This document shows, piece after piece, positions 42,125-45,313 of a stretch of DNA of 45,313 nt. A program made the translations under genes and the position numbers. A model generated the notes under the pieces. It was not told the origin of the DNA. It did not search any database and worked only from the letters and a program-made list of their open reading frames with translations. The number at the start of each line of letters is the position of its first letter. The first letter of the stretch is position 1. The stretch is from IMG/VR virus record IMGVR_UViG_3300029925_000049, positions 1 to 45,313 of that record; one strand, given 5' to 3'. Source of the DNA: a virus (Duplodnaviria > Caudoviricetes).

Positions 42125-42409
42125 ATGTCCACAAACGATAAAACAATCATGCCCGCTGCTGAGTTCTTGAAAACATATGGAAATGTCAAGATGACCCGTG
42201 CGGTCCTTGACCCACAACTCGCTATGGAAAAATGGGCGTGGAAAGGCATCGCCGCTGATGGTAGAATAGTACAGGTCCTGACACATCAGATCTCAGGGCC
42301 GACCCGTACCAAGGATCTGACGATCAATAAATTGGAAAATGATTTCAATATTGAACTAGCCATCATGCTGGAAGACGACAAATCCCCGTTCACAGTGTCC
42401 CGCTTCTAG
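42125..42409 (+). CDS. hypothetical protein
   Basis: AAGGA SD. Confidence 0.7.
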   Translation: MSTNDKTIMPAAEFLKTYGNVKMTRAVLDPQLAMEKWAWKGIAADGRIVQVLTHQISGPTRTKDLTINKLENDFNIELAIMLEDDKSPFTVSRF

Positions 42410-42417
42410 GAAACAGT

Positions 42418-43527
42418 ATGGCAAAACCTACAAAGAAGGTTACGCTCGACCGGAAGTACGACAAATCAGTTATATCCGAACCGGATTGGGATGTTGTACC
42501 CACCGATGAAGCAAACCGAGTTCATCTTAAAATTGATAGGCTCAATTATATTACTTATTTTTTCGACACTATGAAGCCCCGTCCTATTGTTGTCACTTAC
42601 CTGACAAACGAGCTAGGCTGGGGTCCTGAGGAGATCACCCGACTAAAACGTTCGCCCGCATGGGCCATAAGCCAGACAGTGGAAAAACTGCTGATTATGC
42701 GCGCCAAGGGATGGGATTTTAATAAAGATGAGACAAACTTCGTCAATAAGGAGTTTGAATCCTTCAAAAATAACCCAAGGTTTGATCTGGAGCCCGATAC
42801 AGAGCCATCAGGACCCCCGCCTATACGTAACGTCCACTCACACCTAATCGACGCTGTAGACGACCTGTGCGACGCTTGGATGGATGGTGAAGACGCCACA
42901 ATCAATTTGTATGTCTTGTTTGGTAAAAAGCCAGACACACAAAAGACTCTAAAAGAACGAGTCCGGCCATATATCACCGGTCTCTTGGACGATCTTCTGG
43001 ATTTGAAGGCCAAGGACCCCCAGTGTACCGAAGGCTATGACATCACAGTCAAGCAACGGAACCATCGCATCAAAGTTTTGAAAGATGCCCTGCAAGATAT
43101 TGAAAAAATTCTTATGGCCGGTAAAACCAAAAATCCAAGACGTAAGAAAATCATTTCTGCGAAGAAACAGATGAGTTCCATCAAATATCTGGAAAACTCT
43201 GACGAATTCAAGGTCCGGTCTATCGATCCCAAGAAGATTGTGGGTGCCAAACGACTCTATGTCTTCAATGTGAGATATAGGACAATCACCGAGTATGTCT
43301 CAACAAAAATCAAAGGTTTTAGTTTCAAGGGAACTACCCTCCAAGACTGGGATGACAAGCTTTCCCGCACCACAACCCTGCGGAAACCCGATCTGTTTAT
43401 TATGCATGTTTTGAAGCGAGCGCCATCCGGGATTGACCGCGAATGGCTCAAGCTGACAACCAAGACTGCAAAAACTACTGGACGGATCAATGAAAACTGT
43501 ATATTGCTTCGGGTCATGGATAAATGA
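42418..43527 (+). CDS. conserved T4-like hypothetical protein
   Basis: C-terminal SIDPKKIVGA..LYVFN..FKGTTL..TLRKP..GRINENCILLRV. Confidence 0.82.
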   Translation: MAKPTKKVTLDRKYDKSVISEPDWDVVPTDEANRVHLKIDRLNYITYFFDTMKPRPIVVTYLTNELGWGPEEITRLKRSPAWAISQTVEKLLIMRAKGWDFNKDETNFVNKEFESFKNNPRFDLEPDTEPSGPPPIRNVHSHLIDAVDDLCDAWMDGEDATINLYVLFGKKPDTQKTLKERVRPYITGLLDDLLDLKAKDPQCTEGYDITVKQRNHRIKVLKDALQDIEKILMAGKTKNPRRKKIISAKKQMSSIKYLENSDEFKVRSIDPKKIVGAKRLYVFNVRYRTITEYVSTKIKGFSFKGTTLQDWDDKLSRTTTLRKPDLFIMHVLKRAPSGIDREWLKLTTKTAKTTGRINENCILLRVMDK

Positions 43528-43540
43528 TAAAGGAAACATC

Positions 43541-43876
43541 ATGAAAAACGATTCAGTAGATATTGAAAAGTTGGGCGAAAATTTTAATATGGGAGCCGCC
43601 CTCCAAGCGCTTGAAATGCATTATGTGCCCCTTTTGTTGGAAACTTGCATTGATTGCACCATGGAATGGAATTGTACTAACGAAGGCAATGATTACTGGC
43701 ATGGCGTTGCTACCGGATTCCGAGAGCATCCAGATACCATTGCCATGTTAACCGGTGTGCCGCGGAAACTCCTGATCGGGTATGTTACCTTGTTTGGTGG
43801 CAAAGATCGCATCCCAACAGATGTGGAAGCACGGTATAATGCCGCCGTAAAGAAAGCCGAACAAACGGGTACTTGA
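43541..43876 (+). CDS. hypothetical protein
   Basis: AAGGA SD then ATG 43541. Confidence 0.68.
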   Translation: MKNDSVDIEKLGENFNMGAALQALEMHYVPLLLETCIDCTMEWNCTNEGNDYWHGVATGFREHPDTIAMLTGVPRKLLIGYVTLFGGKDRIPTDVEARYNAAVKKAEQTGT

Positions 43877-44130
43877 TGGAAAATAAATTAATGAGTTCCG
43901 AACATTTTGCACAATTGATTGTTGCCCATCGAGACGAGAATAAATGCTCGTACATGGAATCGATTATTGCGGTATGTGAGGACAATGATTTTGACCCGGC
44001 TGACGTGGCTGGGTTAATTCCTCAATATATTCGTGATGCCATGGAACCAGAGCTTCGGGGTGTTCATATGCTGAAGCCCACAGACGTGATAGACATTGTG
44101 TCAAAATTTGGAGGCAATAATGGAGAATGA
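43876..44130 (+). CDS. gp33: late transcription coactivator gp33
   Basis: FAQLI..SYMESIIAVCEDNDFD..VAGLI..IRDAMEPE..HMLK; usual position upstream of gp59/gp32. Confidence 0.8.
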   Translation: MENKLMSSEHFAQLIVAHRDENKCSYMESIIAVCEDNDFDPADVAGLIPQYIRDAMEPELRGVHMLKPTDVIDIVSKFGGNNGE

Positions 44131-44425
44131 GTATCCAAATTATCAGGACCCTCAAACTAATGACGAACGCTTACTGGGCTTACTGTGTAAACAAGATCAC
44201 CAGTTAAACACTGCCACAAAATTTCTTAAAGAAGAGAAAGCAAAAAACGCTAAGATTCGCGAGCTGTTCTCTAAATTTAACACCACACCAGAAGACGTCA
44301 TCAGTAATATAAAATCGTTTACCGAATTCCGAACTAGGCTAAAAGTTTTGGCTGGTTTTGCCCCAGATGATAATATTACTGATGACGATCTGTTGGATAT
44401 CATTGAGGACATGATTGATGCTTAA
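44120..44425 (+). CDS. hypothetical protein
   Basis: GGAGG SD, ATG 44120. Confidence 0.68.
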   Translation: MENEYPNYQDPQTNDERLLGLLCKQDHQLNTATKFLKEEKAKNAKIRELFSKFNTTPEDVISNIKSFTEFRTRLKVLAGFAPDDNITDDDLLDIIEDMIDA

Positions 44426-44624
44426 TAAGGAAGACCTCAAATTCGAGAACATGCCCCCAGATCCCGGAGGTATGCGCCCGCCTTACTCTCCTAGAGGTGT
44501 TCGGCTAACTCATATCCCGACCGGCACCATTGTGGAGTGCACATTTAAGACCAGCCAACACAAGAATTACCGCACGGCTATTGAGATGATTGAATGGGCC
44601 TTAATGGATGAGGAAAACACTTGA
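44418..44624 (+). CDS. stand-alone class-1 release factor domain 3 (RF-1)-like protein, GGQ changed to GGM
   Basis: EDLKFE..PGGM..GVRLTHIPTGTIVEC..SQHKNYRTAIEM. Confidence 0.8.
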   Translation: MLNKEDLKFENMPPDPGGMRPPYSPRGVRLTHIPTGTIVECTFKTSQHKNYRTAIEMIEWALMDEENT

Positions 44625-45205
44625 CACCAGTTGACGCCTATGTTATATACAGTGCATTGATGCTACACTTCACAACGGACAGTTACGACGCTGTCAAATA
44701 TCACATGAAGACCAAAGCATCACCAGACTCTTTCTGGAAGAGAAAAGATAAATTTTTCTTTACCAAGATCGCACGTAGACACCCCCGCGAAGGGGATTTA
44801 AAGAATTTCATGATCGCCAATTTCCTTGATGGAAATACTTGGATCGGTGACATGGATGACGACGCGTTCACCGAGTGGACTAAAACGAATCAGTCCCTCA
44901 CACAAACGTTTCGTAACGACATGAGCTTCATGTCAGAAGAGCACGAAAAATTTAATCCGATGCTCTGCCCCGACGGGCCTAATCTATCACCATTAATCAA
45001 TATGTTATTGGCAGGGGATATTTCCCTTGAAACTGTGGTGATTATTGACCGTCTCACGAACTTTATCGACAAAACGGAACATCTCGTGACTGATACGATC
45101 CTTTGGCCTGACTTAAGGCGCAAGATCAAGAAGTATGCAATATTAATGCCGCCAATCGATAAAGAAAAATATATCACATTGCTGAAAAACAGCTTTACTT
45201 CTTGA
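44621..45205 (+). CDS. gp59: helicase loader gp59
   Basis: AYVIYSALMLHFTTDSYDAVKY..SFWKRKDKFFF..ISLETVVI; TTG start after GAGG. Confidence 0.9.
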   Translation: MTPVDAYVIYSALMLHFTTDSYDAVKYHMKTKASPDSFWKRKDKFFFTKIARRHPREGDLKNFMIANFLDGNTWIGDMDDDAFTEWTKTNQSLTQTFRNDMSFMSEEHEKFNPMLCPDGPNLSPLINMLLAGDISLETVVIIDRLTNFIDKTEHLVTDTILWPDLRRKIKKYAILMPPIDKEKYITLLKNSFTS

Positions 45206-45298
45206 ATTAGATGTGGTATAAGTAAACCCTACATAATGAATACCGTGAAGAAAAATAACAAAAAAATATAAAACAATACACGGAGAATAAAACAATAC
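45194..45298 (+). promoter_or_regulatory. gp32 promoter and A-rich unstructured leader (autoregulatory operator-like)
   Basis: TTTACT-17-TATAAG(TA); TAAAACAATAC twice, flanking GGAG. Confidence 0.55.
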
Positions 45299-45313
45299 AT
45301 GTCATCTTTTGAC
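45299..45313 (+). CDS. gp32: probable start of ssDNA-binding protein gp32 (truncated by the window)
   Basis: GGAG SD, MSSFD; inferred mainly from gp33-gp59-gp32 gene order. Confidence 0.55.

Noticed and set aside
1-45313. Stop-codon reassignment
   Set aside because: Conserved genes are full-length in code 11 and end at expected positions with TAA, TGA or TAG; no suppressor tRNA seen.

Overview
45.3 kb segment of a T4-like (T4-superfamily myovirus) phage genome, almost entirely coded on the + strand. It runs from the 3' end of the gp41 helicase to the first codons of gp32 (SSB). Contents: (i) core replication and nucleotide genes (gp41, thyX, Grx-NrdB fusion, nrdA, rnh, phoH, Cas4-like exonuclease, clpP, HAD nucleotidase, gp33, gp59, gp32). 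(ii) An early accessory region (~2.7-15 kb) built from repeated sigma70 promoter-stem-loop-RBS cassettes in which the promoter spacer is complementary to the gene's own Shine-Dalgarno. (iii) An A-tract repeat block (candidate origin) next to a Seg-like GIY-YIG endonuclease. (iv) A dispersed array of two plausible tRNAs (an atypical initiator Met, and Asn), several deformed tRNA-like RNAs and three end-paired structured RNAs that I cannot assign to a family. (v) TATAAATA late-promoter genes (probable virion and internal proteins, spanins, a Hef-like homing endonuclease, a glycosylation cluster, two peptidoglycan hydrolases). The most unusual signals are the tRNA-mimic/ncRNA array, the promoter/anti-SD cassettes, a 14-bp inverted repeat enclosing a small late gene, an ArfA-like peptide, a stand-alone release-factor domain with GGM in place of GGQ, and an exonuclease gene whose conserved N-terminus has no canonical start codon. 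All family calls come from motif recognition by eye and RNA structures were folded by hand; no searches were run.
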